Assembly (NCBI GenBank): GCA_035758845.1
Contig: DASTVZ010000227.1
Span: 20,491-84,490, forward strand
Direction: 5' to 3'
DNA from: Vicinamibacterales bacterium
GTDB taxonomy: Bacteria; Acidobacteriota; Vicinamibacteria; Vicinamibacterales; 2-12-FULL-66-21
Length of the DNA: 64,000 bases
Shown: positions 28,670 to 38,679 of the stretch, one piece after another
How the letters are laid out: every line of letters starts with the position of its first letter
Numbering within the stretch: position 1 is the first letter of the stretch
Notes under the pieces: model-generated
What the model was told of the DNA's origin: nothing
Database searches by the model: none
What the model saw: only the letters and a program-made list of their open reading frames with translations
Made by a program: the position numbers and the translations under genes

Positions 28670-28747
28670 ATGCGGCCGGGGCCGGTCGGGCTGCTCTGCC
28701 ATGGCGCTTCCTCGCTGCAACAGGGGGCAAGCGGAGTGCCAGGGCGG

Positions 28748-30154
28748 CTATGGGTGAAACGATGCGACATGGCGAGACCAGGCCATCAGCAATGCGATGC
28801 CGCAGATGATCAAGCCAGTCGACAACCCCCACCACAATCCGACGACGCCGAGACCCATTACAAAACAGAGCGTGTACCCGAGGGGCAATCCGATGAACCA
28901 GTGCCCGGCGAGATTCCACAACATCGGCGTCCGCGTATCGCCGAGTCCCCGCAGCACTCCGGTCGACACACCCTGAACGCCATCGAACAGCTGAAAGATG
29001 GCACCCACGAAGAGCAGCGAAGCGCCAATTGACAAGACCGCGGGCTCCGACGTGAAGGCGCCGATGAGCGCGCGTGGAATGAGCAGGAACGCGGCCGCTG
29101 CACAGGACATGAACGCCACGCCAAACAGAATTGCCGTCCAGCCGGATCTTGCCGCTCCATCGTAGTCGTGGCGGCCGATCGCATGACCAACGCGCACCGC
29201 TCCCGCGGATGCAATACCGAGCGGAACCATGAACGTGAGGGCGACGAAGTTGACCGCGATCTGATGCGCCGCGAGCGCCGCCGGCGGAAGCCGGCCGGCG
29301 AGCGCCGTTGCCGCCGCAAACACGCCGACTTCGAGCGTCACTTGACTTGCCGCTGGTAAACCGAGAGCAAGCAGTCTTCGCATCGGCTCGAGGCTGAAGC
29401 GACGCGAAGGTGAGCTGAACGGACGGTTACGCTGGAGCCGCGGCAATCGCGATACCACGAGCGATCGCTCGCGGTACACGATGACCGCCAGCAGAACACC
29501 GGCCATGACAACGCGTGCAACGACGGTCCCCCACGCCGATCCGCGAACGCCCAGTGCCGGCGCGCCCCAGTGCCCGAAAATCAACAGCCAGTTGACAAAT
29601 GCGTTCAGGATGTTCGCGACGACGAGCGCGATCATCACCGGACGTACCACGCCCATGCCTTGCAAGTAACGCCGGAAGGATGCGTACAACAGGAGCGGCG
29701 GAATGCTCCACGCCAGGATATCGAGGTAGGGTTGCGTCAGGGCCAACACCGCGGGATGAAGCCCCCAACGTCCCAAGGCCGACGACAAAGCGAGAACGAT
29801 GATGGTGACGGGAATCGAAAGAAGCAGACTGAGCGTCACGCCGTACGCAAGCCAGCGATGGCACTCGTCGATCCGTCCGGCTCCAAACGCATGCGCGACG
29901 AGCGTATCGAGGCCGAGGAGCAAACCCATGGCAAAGATGCAGACGCCTATGAACAGCGAGCTGCCGATGCCGACCGCGCCGATGGCCTCCGGGCCGAGCC
30001 CGCCGACCATCAGCGTATCGACGAGTCCCATCGTCATCCAGCCGAGTTCGGCCATGACCACTGGCACGGCCAGCGTGAACATGGGCCGGAATTCCTGACG
30101 GAGATCTCGGAAGCGGGAAATGCCTACCGCCGACGGCGCTGTGTGGCGTTCCAT
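28748..30154 (-). CDS. MATE family efflux transporter
   Basis: 468 aa, about 12 TM segments. N-terminus ...EFRPMFTLAVPVVMAELGWMTMGLVDTLMVG is typical of NorM/MATE proteins. Confidence 0.85.
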   Translation of the reverse strand: MERHTAPSAVGISRFRDLRQEFRPMFTLAVPVVMAELGWMTMGLVDTLMVGGLGPEAIGAVGIGSSLFIGVCIFAMGLLLGLDTLVAHAFGAGRIDECHRWLAYGVTLSLLLSIPVTIIVLALSSALGRWGLHPAVLALTQPYLDILAWSIPPLLLYASFRRYLQGMGVVRPVMIALVVANILNAFVNWLLIFGHWGAPALGVRGSAWGTVVARVVMAGVLLAVIVYRERSLVVSRLPRLQRNRPFSSPSRRFSLEPMRRLLALGLPAASQVTLEVGVFAAATALAGRLPPAALAAHQIAVNFVALTFMVPLGIASAGAVRVGHAIGRHDYDGAARSGWTAILFGVAFMSCAAAAFLLIPRALIGAFTSEPAVLSIGASLLFVGAIFQLFDGVQGVSTGVLRGLGDTRTPMLWNLAGHWFIGLPLGYTLCFVMGLGVVGLWWGLSTGLIICGIALLMAWSRHVASFHP

Positions 30155-30888
30155 TTCTCGACCACGCGGCGCAACTCCTTGAGGGGTTCCTCACTGTCAT
30201 CGACCTGCAGGCGCAGGACGACATCGTTGTTCAACCAGACGCCGCCGTTCTTCTTCACGATAATCATTGCCGCCGACTGCATGCCGCGTTTGTCGCCCCC
30301 GGCAGCCTGGCCCGCGTCGAGAGCGGCCATCAGCCGCATCGAGAGATGGCCTTCGGTCTTCTCGAAAGCATCGACCATTCCGGCGACGACCCCTTCTCCG
30401 GCCAGAATGTTTCCCTGGGCGGTGCAGTACTTCCCGCCTTTGTTCCCGGCCCACGACGTCGCCTTCGCTCCGGTGTACGCCTCGTAATTCCCCTTCGCGT
30501 CCATCACCGCAAACTGGCGTCCCGCCTTCGTCCAGTCTGACGGTCTCGGATCGGGATCGCTGTCGAGAAGCGCTTTAATGATGGCCGTCGGGGTCATTCC
30601 GGCGCGGAGGAGCGCTAATGCCTTCGGTCCATAACTGACGTCGACGATCGCCTGGGTCGCCGCCACGCCTACGTCCGCCTCGGCCCACAGCACGCCGTTC
30701 CCGACCGAGAACACGCGCGACTGGACCGCACCGCCAACCTCGCCACTCGCCGGATCGAATCCGAGGATTGAGAAGGTGGCGACAGGCGGGTATGGAAGGC
30801 TTGCAGTCTGGTTGGAGTGTGGGTGAACCGACGCGGTCCAAGAAATGAGAAGAACTGCGGCAAGCGCAGGGCGTGGTATCAGCGCCAC
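30124..30888 (-). CDS. DUF1028 domain-containing protein (Ntn-hydrolase-like), secreted
   Basis: ORF 30124..31254 trimmed to GTG 30888. This gives a signal-like N-terminus (V)ALIPRPALAAVLLISWTASV followed by FSILGFDPASGEVGGAVQSRVFSVGNGVLWAEADVGVAATQA, which is typical of DUF1028. The upstream ORF part overlaps rseP out of frame. Confidence 0.7.
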   Translation of the reverse strand: MALIPRPALAAVLLISWTASVHPHSNQTASLPYPPVATFSILGFDPASGEVGGAVQSRVFSVGNGVLWAEADVGVAATQAIVDVSYGPKALALLRAGMTPTAIIKALLDSDPDPRPSDWTKAGRQFAVMDAKGNYEAYTGAKATSWAGNKGGKYCTAQGNILAGEGVVAGMVDAFEKTEGHLSMRLMAALDAGQAAGGDKRGMQSAAMIIVKKNGGVWLNNDVVLRLQVDDSEEPLKELRRVVEKWNATQRRRR

Positions 30889-32207
30889 GGCATCAACCGC
30901 TCGATCCACTGAATGCGCGTCAAGTCGTTGTAGATGACCGTGACCATCAGCATCAGGAGCAGCACGAAGCCAGCGAGCAGCATCTTTTCCTTCACCTTCA
31001 TGCTGAAGTCGCGCCGCGAGACTCCTTCGAGTGCCAGGATCGCGATGTGGCCGCCATCGAGCACGGGGATCGGCATCAGGTTGAGCAGCCCGAGGTTCAA
31101 ACTGATCATCGCCATGAGGCTGAAGAGCTGAATCATCCCCTGCTCGGCCGCCATCCCTGAAAGATCCGCGATTGCAACCGGTCCCATCAATTGTTTCACT
31201 GAGGTGTGCCGCGTAAACAGACCGCCCAGCGTCTGGACGATCATCGTCGCCCACGTCCAGTTCTGATCGAGACTCAGCTTGAGCGCTTCGATAGGACCAG
31301 GTTCAATGGTTCGCATCTCGAAGCCGTTCAACTGGGCGCCAATCATCACCGTGTCGCCGACCTTCCGCGGCCTCACCGGCACCTGGATAATCTGACCGTC
31401 GCGCTTGATTTCGAGTGTGATCTGTTTTCCTTCGTGAGCCTTGATCAATTCAACGAGCGCATTCCGGTTGACGTCACGCTGGCCAGCGGCTGCCAGTACG
31501 ACATCGCCAGGGCGCAATCCCGCCTCGTGTCCCGGAAGGTCAGGCTGGAGCGACGCAACCTGCGGGTGCATGATCGGAAGGATCGCGAGGCTGTCGAGGT
31601 TGACTAGGTCGTACTTGCCGAAGCCAACCGGCACAAACTGTAGATCGCTGTCCTTCCCATCGCGCTCAACATGAATGGATACGGTCTGCTTGGATTTTGC
31701 CGCGACGGCGTTCAGGAAGTCTTCCCAGGTTGGAACCTCATCGCCATCAACGCTGACGATGTGGTCGCCTGGCTTGAGACCGGCGGGTTTGAGAACGGAT
31801 TGATCGAGGACGGTTCCCACAATCGTGGGTTGCCGCATGAACGCAGGAGCCGGCGCGCCCTGGTACAGCACCGCCGCCATCACCACGACCGCGAGGACCA
31901 AGTTCATCACTGGACCCATGATGAGCACCTGGAACCGCTGCCACTTCGACTTCGACAAGAACTCGTCAGAAGCCCCCGTTCGCGCATCGTCCGGGTTCTC
32001 GCCGGCCATTTTGACGTAGCCGCCAAGCGGGATCGCACTGATGCAGTACTCCGTGTCGCCGCGGCGGAAGGCCAGGAGCTTAGGGCCGAACCCGAGCGAG
32101 AACGTGAGCACCCGCACGCCGATGCGACGGGCCATGAGAAAGTGCCCGAGCTCGTGGACGAAGATGAGCACGCCGAGTACGAACACGAAGGCGAGGATAC
32201 TTGTCAC
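30879..32207 (-). CDS. rseP: RIP metalloprotease RseP (site-2 protease)
   Basis: 442 aa. HELGHF zinc motif, PDZ region and a C-terminal NLLPIPVLDGGH-like motif (NLMPIPVLDGGH). Confidence 0.92.
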   Translation of the reverse strand: MTSILAFVFVLGVLIFVHELGHFLMARRIGVRVLTFSLGFGPKLLAFRRGDTEYCISAIPLGGYVKMAGENPDDARTGASDEFLSKSKWQRFQVLIMGPVMNLVLAVVVMAAVLYQGAPAPAFMRQPTIVGTVLDQSVLKPAGLKPGDHIVSVDGDEVPTWEDFLNAVAAKSKQTVSIHVERDGKDSDLQFVPVGFGKYDLVNLDSLAILPIMHPQVASLQPDLPGHEAGLRPGDVVLAAAGQRDVNRNALVELIKAHEGKQITLEIKRDGQIIQVPVRPRKVGDTVMIGAQLNGFEMRTIEPGPIEALKLSLDQNWTWATMIVQTLGGLFTRHTSVKQLMGPVAIADLSGMAAEQGMIQLFSLMAMISLNLGLLNLMPIPVLDGGHIAILALEGVSRRDFSMKVKEKMLLAGFVLLLMLMVTVIYNDLTRIQWIERLMPWR

Positions 32208-32255
32208 TTAAGAGGCCTCTGACCGCAGAATGAAACGCGTGAACAGACGTGACGG

Positions 32256-33473
32256 CTAAACTCTTGATTTTACCGTACCAGCGGCCACTTCGGCGAACTC
32301 CCGTGCCCAGCGATCGACGGCACGCACGTCGGCCAAGCCGTGGACGGCGGTGGGGCTTCCGGCCTCATAAGTGTCCATCGCACGGCCGATTAGCTCGGGA
32401 ATGGCCGTCAATCCAATACGGCGGTCCAGGAAAGCCGAGACCGCAATTTCGTTAGCGGCGTTGAGAACGATTGGAAGCCCGGGATTTCCCGCGAGCGCCC
32501 GAAACGCAAGGGCGAGGCACGGGAACCGCGCCGTGTCCGGAGCAGCAAAATCGAGTCGTCCGGCACGCGCGAGATCGAGAGGCGCAAGCGCCGCGCTCCA
32601 GCGGGCCGGATACGAAAATGCGTACTGAATCGGCAGGCGCATGTCGGTGACCCCGAGTTGCGCGATGATCGAGCCGTCGACGAGTTCGACCATCGAATGG
32701 ACGATTGACTGCGGGTGCACCAGCACCTCGATCCGATCCGGCGCGACGTCGAACAGCCACCGCGCTTCAATGACTTCAAGTCCCTTGTTCATCAGCGTCG
32801 CCGAGTCGATCGTAATCTTCGGCCCCATCGTCCAGGTCGGGTGCCGCAGCGCTTCTTCCGGCGTCACCGACGCGATCTCATGAAGAGGTGTGTCGCGAAA
32901 AGGGCCGCCCGACGCCGTCAGGATCAACCGCCGCACTTCTGCTGACGACCGGCCGTGCAAACACTGATGGATCGCATTGTGCTCGCTGTCGACGGGAAGC
33001 ACCGCGACGCCATGGCGACGCGCCGCTTCCATGACGATGGCCCCCGCCATGACCAGGATTTCCTTGTTGGCCAGTGCTATCGTCTTGCGCGCTTCAATGG
33101 CCGCAAGGACGGCATCGAGCGCCGCCGTGCCAGACGATGCGAAGAGGACAACGTCTGCCGCAGGGTGCGTGGCGACAGCAATGAGCCCCTCCGGCCCGCT
33201 CAATGCTTGCGGCGGATCGACGCCGCCGCGTCGACGGAGTTCGGCACGGGCATCAGCCAACGCACGCGGCGCCGACATCGCGATCGTGTCCGGAACAAAA
33301 CGACCGACCTGCTCGACAAAGCGCGCGATATTTTCACCGGCTGCCATGGCGACGACGCGCAGTCGATCGGAATGCGCGGCAACGACCGAAAGTGCGCTCT
33401 GACCGATTGAACCGGTCGATCCAAGGATTGCGACGTGCCTGATCTCGGTCGTGCTCGTGCTCGCCATGGTCAA
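32256..33473 (-). CDS. dxr: 1-deoxy-D-xylulose 5-phosphate reductoisomerase
   Basis: 405 aa. ILGSTGSIGQSAL NADPH motif, LANKE and DSEH motifs. Confidence 0.93.
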   Translation of the reverse strand: MTMASTSTTEIRHVAILGSTGSIGQSALSVVAAHSDRLRVVAMAAGENIARFVEQVGRFVPDTIAMSAPRALADARAELRRRGGVDPPQALSGPEGLIAVATHPAADVVLFASSGTAALDAVLAAIEARKTIALANKEILVMAGAIVMEAARRHGVAVLPVDSEHNAIHQCLHGRSSAEVRRLILTASGGPFRDTPLHEIASVTPEEALRHPTWTMGPKITIDSATLMNKGLEVIEARWLFDVAPDRIEVLVHPQSIVHSMVELVDGSIIAQLGVTDMRLPIQYAFSYPARWSAALAPLDLARAGRLDFAAPDTARFPCLALAFRALAGNPGLPIVLNAANEIAVSAFLDRRIGLTAIPELIGRAMDTYEAGSPTAVHGLADVRAVDRWAREFAEVAAGTVKSRV

Positions 33474-34258
33474 AAACGGAGATACCGGACAAAGACGTAG
33501 TAAACGGGCGCAGCAAACAGCCAGCTATCGATGCGATCGAGCACGCCGCCATGCCCAGGGATAATGGCACCGGAATCTTTCACACCTGCGCTCCGTTTCA
33601 AGAGCGACTCGAACAAATCGCCGACGATACCCAGCGCGGAGACGCTCGCGCCGACAAGGACGACGAGCAGAACCGGTGCGGTGGGGAATACGAGGCGTGT
33701 CCCAATCGTGAACGCCAGCGTCCCAAAGATGATCCCGCCGATTGCCCCTTCGAGAGTCTTCTTGGGACTGATCGTCGGCGCCAGCGCTCGCTTCCCGAAT
33801 GCGCGGCCGGTGTAATACTGCGCCGAGTCGCTGATGACGATCACGCTCATGATGAGGAGCACGGCTTCGCGTCCGGCCGTCGCTCGGACCGCGGCCAGTG
33901 CACCGAGCGGCAACCCGATGTAGATCGCGGGAAAGATTGCCGCGGCCGAATCACGGAGAACCTCCGGGCCCAGTCGCGCCGTTCCGACTGCGGTCGCCGC
34001 GATCGTAATCAGCGCCGTCATCAGAATCACATCGACCATCGCCCAGCCGCTGCCGAGCGCCGCACACGCGCCGAGCACTGCGCCTCCGGGAATCGCGCGC
34101 GGAACAGTTGCCCCGAGCGCTGACGCGAGCGCCGCGTACTCCACAAACGCGAGTGCGGCCGCGATCAACGCGAGCACCAATGTCGCGATCGGCGGCAGGA
34201 ACCAAACGGCGCCGACCACCATCGGAAGCAGCACGAGCGCGCTCAGGACGCGGATCAT
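33470..34258 (-). CDS. cdsA: Phosphatidate cytidylyltransferase
   Basis: ORF 33470..34345 trimmed to ATG 34258 (MIRVLSALVLLPMV...). The 29 upstream codons are a read-through of the REP-like element. C-terminal signature SLLKRSAGVKDSGAIIPGHGGVLDRIDS. Confidence 0.88.
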   Translation of the reverse strand: MIRVLSALVLLPMVVGAVWFLPPIATLVLALIAAALAFVEYAALASALGATVPRAIPGGAVLGACAALGSGWAMVDVILMTALITIAATAVGTARLGPEVLRDSAAAIFPAIYIGLPLGALAAVRATAGREAVLLIMSVIVISDSAQYYTGRAFGKRALAPTISPKKTLEGAIGGIIFGTLAFTIGTRLVFPTAPVLLVVLVGASVSALGIVGDLFESLLKRSAGVKDSGAIIPGHGGVLDRIDSWLFAAPVYYVFVRYLRF

Positions 34259-34260
34259 GT

Positions 34261-34362
34261 CACTCCGAAGGGCTTCGCCCCTCGGACTCCCTGACACGCT
34301 CGCTCGCGGGGCCCCGCCATCCCCGCTCCGCTCGCGTGGGCTCACTCGCGTACTCGTTCGCC
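34261..34362. repeat. GC-rich REP-like element, copy B
   Basis: About 90 percent identical by eye to copy C (47774-47877) over about 100 nt. The hairpin is CCGAAGGGC-TTC-GCCCCTCGG (one mismatch). The element ends 2 nt from the cdsA ATG. Confidence 0.85.
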
Positions 34363-34414
34363 AAGCATCCGATTCGTTTTAGAACGAGTTCTAGAAATTC
34401 AGAACGTCGACACT

Positions 34415-35200
34415 TCACCGGCCGGCCACCGCCGGCTGTTTGATGCCGCCATAACGACGATCGCGCTTCTGATACGCGAGAATGGCCTCAAGGAGGTGCT
34501 GCTTGCGGAAATCAGGCCACAGCGTGTCGGTCACCCAGATTTCAGCGTAAGCAATCTGCCAGAGGAGGAAGTTGCTGACGCGCATCTCGCCGCTGGTCCG
34601 GATCAGGAGATCGGGGTCGGGCTGACCGGCGGTGTACAACAGATCGCCAAAACGCTGCTCGTCCAGATCCGCCGCACTGATGCCGGAGGCAATCGCACGC
34701 CGCGCCGCCTCCACGATTTCCGCGCGCCCGCCGTAGTTCAGCGCAATGTTGAAGAGCATGCCAGCGTTTTGCGCCGTCTGCTCTTCCGCCATTTTGAGTT
34801 CGCCCTGGACATCCGGTGCAAGTTCGTCTTCGCGGCCAATCACGCGAAAACGGATGTTGTTTTTGAGCAGTGTGTTCAATTCGAGGCGAAGGTATCGCTT
34901 CAAGAGCGACATCAACGTCGACACTTCGGTGACCGGACGTTTCCAGTTCTCGACCGAGAATGCGTACAGCGTCAGGACTTTAATGCCAAGCCGGGCCGAG
35001 GATTCGACAATGTCGCGAACCGAATCGATGCCGGCGCGATGTCCCTCGACCCGCGGGAGGTGGCGCTGCGCGGCCCATCGACCGTTTCCGTCCATGATGA
35101 CCGCGATGTGTTGCGGGAGGCGCGCGAAGTTGACCTGTCGTGCGAGCGCCTCCTCAGGCGAACCGGCCTCGACGACGGAGAGAATTTCCTGAAGCGACAT
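34415..35200 (-). CDS. uppS: Isoprenyl transferase (undecaprenyl diphosphate synthase type)
   Basis: 261 aa. HIAVIMDGNGRWA and RTSGEMRVSNFLLWQIAYAE motifs. Confidence 0.92.
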   Translation of the reverse strand: MSLQEILSVVEAGSPEEALARQVNFARLPQHIAVIMDGNGRWAAQRHLPRVEGHRAGIDSVRDIVESSARLGIKVLTLYAFSVENWKRPVTEVSTLMSLLKRYLRLELNTLLKNNIRFRVIGREDELAPDVQGELKMAEEQTAQNAGMLFNIALNYGGRAEIVEAARRAIASGISAADLDEQRFGDLLYTAGQPDPDLLIRTSGEMRVSNFLLWQIAYAEIWVTDTLWPDFRKQHLLEAILAYQKRDRRYGGIKQPAVAGR

Positions 35201-35262
35201 GGCTGGTGACCGAATTTAAACCTTGATAATACAGTGCGTTACGGGTAACTCACAAGTGGGGT

Positions 35263-36015
35263 TCAATCCGTTGAATATTCCACCCGCACGAGAAACAGAC
35301 CATGTGCCGGCGCCGTCGTGCCAGCCTGCGACCGATCCCGGGACGCCAGGATGTCTAGGATCCTGTCCGGCATCCACCGGCCGCTGCCGATCTCGACGAG
35401 CGTGCCGACGATGTTGCGCACCATGTGTCGCAGAAATCCATCACCGCGGAGCCGTATGACGAGCGGGCTGTCATGTCCACGTCCGTTCTCCCAGTCGATT
35501 GCCTGAATCGTTCGTTGGCTCGAGGCGACATCCGAACCGGCACCCTGAAACCCGGCAAAGTCATGCATGCCGATGAGGTACGCGGACGCGCTCTTCATTG
35601 CGTCAACATCCAAATCGTGGTTGATATGCCACGCGTAACGGACGAGGAACGGAGACACGATCGGTGCATTGACGATCCGGTATTCGTACGTCTTTCCCAC
35701 CGCGCTGAATCGTGCGTGAAAATCGGCAGGCACATCCGCCACTGAGAGCACGCGAACATCAGTCGGAAGCACGGCATTCAACGCTCGCGCCAGCACGGGA
35801 GCATCGTGCGCGCCCGGGAACGAGACGCTGGCGACCTGTGCGAGTGCGTGGACTCCTGCGTCGGTTCGACCGGCACCGTGCACCGTGATTCGAGTTCCTG
35901 CAATCGGTTCGAGTGCGTCTTCAAGAAGCCCCTGGATCGACGTCCCTCTCGCCTGTCGCTGCCAGCCGACGTAGTTGGTGCCGTCGTACTGGAGTGTGAT
36001 CTTGAGGTTTCGCAT
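35263..36015 (-). CDS. truA: tRNA pseudouridine(38-40) synthase
   Basis: 250 aa. YDGTNYVGWQRQ and GAGRTDAGVHA (catalytic Asp) motifs. Confidence 0.92.
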   Translation of the reverse strand: MRNLKITLQYDGTNYVGWQRQARGTSIQGLLEDALEPIAGTRITVHGAGRTDAGVHALAQVASVSFPGAHDAPVLARALNAVLPTDVRVLSVADVPADFHARFSAVGKTYEYRIVNAPIVSPFLVRYAWHINHDLDVDAMKSASAYLIGMHDFAGFQGAGSDVASSQRTIQAIDWENGRGHDSPLVIRLRGDGFLRHMVRNIVGTLVEIGSGRWMPDRILDILASRDRSQAGTTAPAHGLFLVRVEYSTD

Positions 36016-36045
36016 AAAGAGGCAGCCCTAACGGACTGCCAGAAT

Positions 36046-36615
36046 CTACACACGTGAGCCTGGCTTCGTGACAGGGATTCCCTTCGCGCACAACGGACAC
36101 GTCTCCGGGTCGTAGGTCGGAACGTTCATCTGCACGAGGCTGACGAGAGGCACGGGCACGGCGGCAGCGTCACCGCCGCGGTCGACGAGCGCTGCCGCGC
36201 CCGATACGGTCGCGCCCGCCGCGTTCGCCACATCGATGGTTTCACGCGTCGATCCGCCGGTCGTCACCACGTCTTCAACCACGACAACACGATCGGCCGG
36301 CGACAACATGAAGCCTCGCCGGAGCGTGAGCTTTCCGTCCACACGCTCGGCAAACATCGCGCGAATGCCAAGCGCACGTCCCACTTCCTGGCCAATCACG
36401 ATGCCGCCAAGGGCGGGCGAAAGGACGGCAGTGCCCTGAAGGTGTCCGAGACGTGAGCCGAGCGCCGCGCCGAGGGCACTCGCGAACTCGGGATACTGAA
36501 GCACCAGCGCGCTTTGAAAATATCGATCGCTGTGAAGTCCAGACGAGAGCCGGAAATGTCCTTCGAGCAGCGCTCCGGACTTCCGGAACATATCGAGAAC
36601 AGCGTCGGCGTCCAC
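36046..36615 (-). CDS. pyrE: Orotate phosphoribosyltransferase
   Basis: 189 aa. GHFRLSSGLHS, PRPP loop VVVVEDVVTTGGS and a C-terminal CPLC motif. Confidence 0.88.
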   Translation of the reverse strand: MDADAVLDMFRKSGALLEGHFRLSSGLHSDRYFQSALVLQYPEFASALGAALGSRLGHLQGTAVLSPALGGIVIGQEVGRALGIRAMFAERVDGKLTLRRGFMLSPADRVVVVEDVVTTGGSTRETIDVANAAGATVSGAAALVDRGGDAAAVPVPLVSLVQMNVPTYDPETCPLCAKGIPVTKPGSRV

Positions 36616-36830
36616 TACGACGTTGCCTTTCCGTTGTGCGAGGTTCGCAGGTTGTCTTCGAACAGTTCGCAGGAGGTGCTGTCAACCAGAACGATGTCCC
36701 CACCGTCTACAAACAGGATGCGTCGATGCCCTTGGTCCCATCGCCCGTTGGCTGGAGGCGCGGACTTCACTCCATCGTCAGACGGTCCTGCGAGGAGCGC
36801 TGTCGCGAGCGCGAACACGTGTCGTTTCAT
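36615..36830 (-). CDS. Possible small secreted hypothetical protein (71 aa)
   Basis: Internal ATG of ORF 36615..36863: MKRHVFALATALLAGPS... (signal-like). The stop overlaps the pyrE start. No family recognised. Confidence 0.3.
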   Translation of the reverse strand: MKRHVFALATALLAGPSDDGVKSAPPANGRWDQGHRRILFVDGGDIVLVDSTSCELFEDNLRTSHNGKATS

Positions 36831-37005
36831 CAAATGCGTCCCTGGAAGGCGATGAACCGGCAAGAAGCGGCGGGTTGTCGGCCAGTAGTATACATTTTGG
36901 AAACAACCACTCCGCCCGGTCCGTCAAACCGACGACGGTCCGCTCCGTTTCTTGCTATCTCCTGTAGCATCGGGTTCTGAAGTTCTGTCATTGGAGAGTC
37001 CTGCA

Positions 37006-38640
37006 ATGCGTTTCGAGCAACAAATATCGGCTTGTTTGAAGTTTGTGGCCGCCTGTGGCGCCGTTCTCGTACTGTCCGGTTCCGGGCGGATCGTGTTCGC
37101 ATCCGAACAGACGCCCGGCGCACCCGCCCCGGCGCCGCAGACGTCGCCCGCGCCGGCTCAACAGGGCGGCACCCCGGTCCCTGGGCCCGAGCTGCAATTG
37201 AGCGCGGACGACGCGGTCAAGCTGGCACTGGAGAACAACCTCGGCATCCGCGCCGAGCGCCTGAGCCCGCAGGCCCAGGCACTGGCCGTTGCGCAGACCC
37301 GCGCGGCTTTCGCCCCAGTGGTCTTCGGCGGATCGACAAAGAACAGCAACAGCAGTCCGCCGCAGAATTTTCTGGCGGGGAACGATTTCACGACGAATGC
37401 CGGATTTCGATCGAGCGCGGGCGTCGCACAGCAATTGAAATGGTTTGGCGGACGATATCAGGCGTCCCTGGACGGTGCGCGAAACACGACGAGCGATCCG
37501 ACCGACCCGTTCAACCCCCGTCTGTCATCGAACTTCAACTTCAATTTCACGCAGCCGCTCCTGCGCGATTTCATGATCGATTCGACGCGGCAGCAGCTGC
37601 TCATCGGTCAGAAGCAGCAGGAAATCGTCGACCTGCAGCTTCAGCAGCAGGTGACACAGACGTCGCGAACGGTCCGGAACGCGTACTACGATCTCGTCGG
37701 CGCCATTGGACAGCTGAAGGTCTCTCAGCAGTCGCTGGACCTCGCGAAAGAATCGCTCAAGAACAACGAGCGGCGCGCAGAAGTCGGCACCATTCCTCAA
37801 ATCGACATCGTCGAATCGCAGGCGGAGGTATCGCGCAACGAAGAATCGGTGATCATCAGTGAGTCGCAGGTGAGGTCGTTCGAAGATGCGCTGCGCACGC
37901 TGATCATGAATCCGCAACAGCCGGACTTCTGGGCCGTGCACATCGTTCCTTCCGAAGAACCGGTGCTGACACCGCGCGCGTTGGATTTGGACGGCGCGAT
38001 TCAGAACGCGCTCAACCAGCGCACCGACATCGCGCAGGCGCACCGTGAGATGGATCAAACAGACATCACGATGAAGTTCGCGCGCAATCAGAAGCTGCCG
38101 GCGCTCAACGCGATTGTGAATTACGGGCTGGCTGGCGTCGGAGGAACGCGCACGATCTACGACACCTCCGGCGGCTTTCCGGTTCCGACTGGCGTTGCGC
38201 AGCGCAACTTCAGCGACGCGCTGCGGGACATCTTCGGAAACGACTTCAAAACATGGAGCGTCCAGTTTCAGGTGAGCTACCCGATCGGCACGAGTGCTGC
38301 CGACGCGGGCTACGCCCAGGCCAAGGTGCAGCGCGAACAGCAGACCACCACGCTGCGTCAGCTCGAATTGCAGGTGACGCAGCAGGTCCGCGAGGCCGCA
38401 CGGCAGGTCGACACGTCACTGAAACGAGTGGAAGCGACGCGAAAAGCGCGTGAATTCAGCACCAAGCGGTACGAGGCGGAACAGAAGCGGATTGCCGTCG
38501 GGCTCTCCACGACGTTCCAGCTAAACCAGGCGCAGCGCGACCTTTCGAGTGCACAGCTCTCCGAGCTGAACGCGATCATCGCGTACAACCGCGCGCTCAT
38601 TGGATTCGAATCGATTCAGTCGGTTCCGCCGGGGAGATAA
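37006..38640 (+). CDS. TolC family outer membrane efflux protein
   Basis: ORF 36952..38640 trimmed to ATG 37006 (GGAGAG upstream), which gives a signal peptide. Two repeated halves of alpha-helical and beta-barrel segments typical of the OEP/TolC family. Confidence 0.8.
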   Translation: MRFEQQISACLKFVAACGAVLVLSGSGRIVFASEQTPGAPAPAPQTSPAPAQQGGTPVPGPELQLSADDAVKLALENNLGIRAERLSPQAQALAVAQTRAAFAPVVFGGSTKNSNSSPPQNFLAGNDFTTNAGFRSSAGVAQQLKWFGGRYQASLDGARNTTSDPTDPFNPRLSSNFNFNFTQPLLRDFMIDSTRQQLLIGQKQQEIVDLQLQQQVTQTSRTVRNAYYDLVGAIGQLKVSQQSLDLAKESLKNNERRAEVGTIPQIDIVESQAEVSRNEESVIISESQVRSFEDALRTLIMNPQQPDFWAVHIVPSEEPVLTPRALDLDGAIQNALNQRTDIAQAHREMDQTDITMKFARNQKLPALNAIVNYGLAGVGGTRTIYDTSGGFPVPTGVAQRNFSDALRDIFGNDFKTWSVQFQVSYPIGTSAADAGYAQAKVQREQQTTTLRQLELQVTQQVREAARQVDTSLKRVEATRKAREFSTKRYEAEQKRIAVGLSTTFQLNQAQRDLSSAQLSELNAIIAYNRALIGFESIQSVPPGR

Positions 38641-38679
38641 AGGGAAAAGGGAAAAGAGAAAAGCGATACACTGCGGCGC

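Noticed and set aside
30889-31254. The N-terminal 122 codons of ORF 30124..31254.
   Set aside because: This part overlaps the well-supported rseP gene out of frame, and the translation is Arg/Asp/Gly-rich. The DUF1028 homology and a signal-like segment begin at GTG 30888.
38641-38679. Purine heptamer run GGGAAAA GGGAAAA GAGAAAA between tolC and the GT2 gene.
   Set aside because: It has only three units and no other copy in the window. It is most simply an SD-rich spacer upstream of the GTG start.
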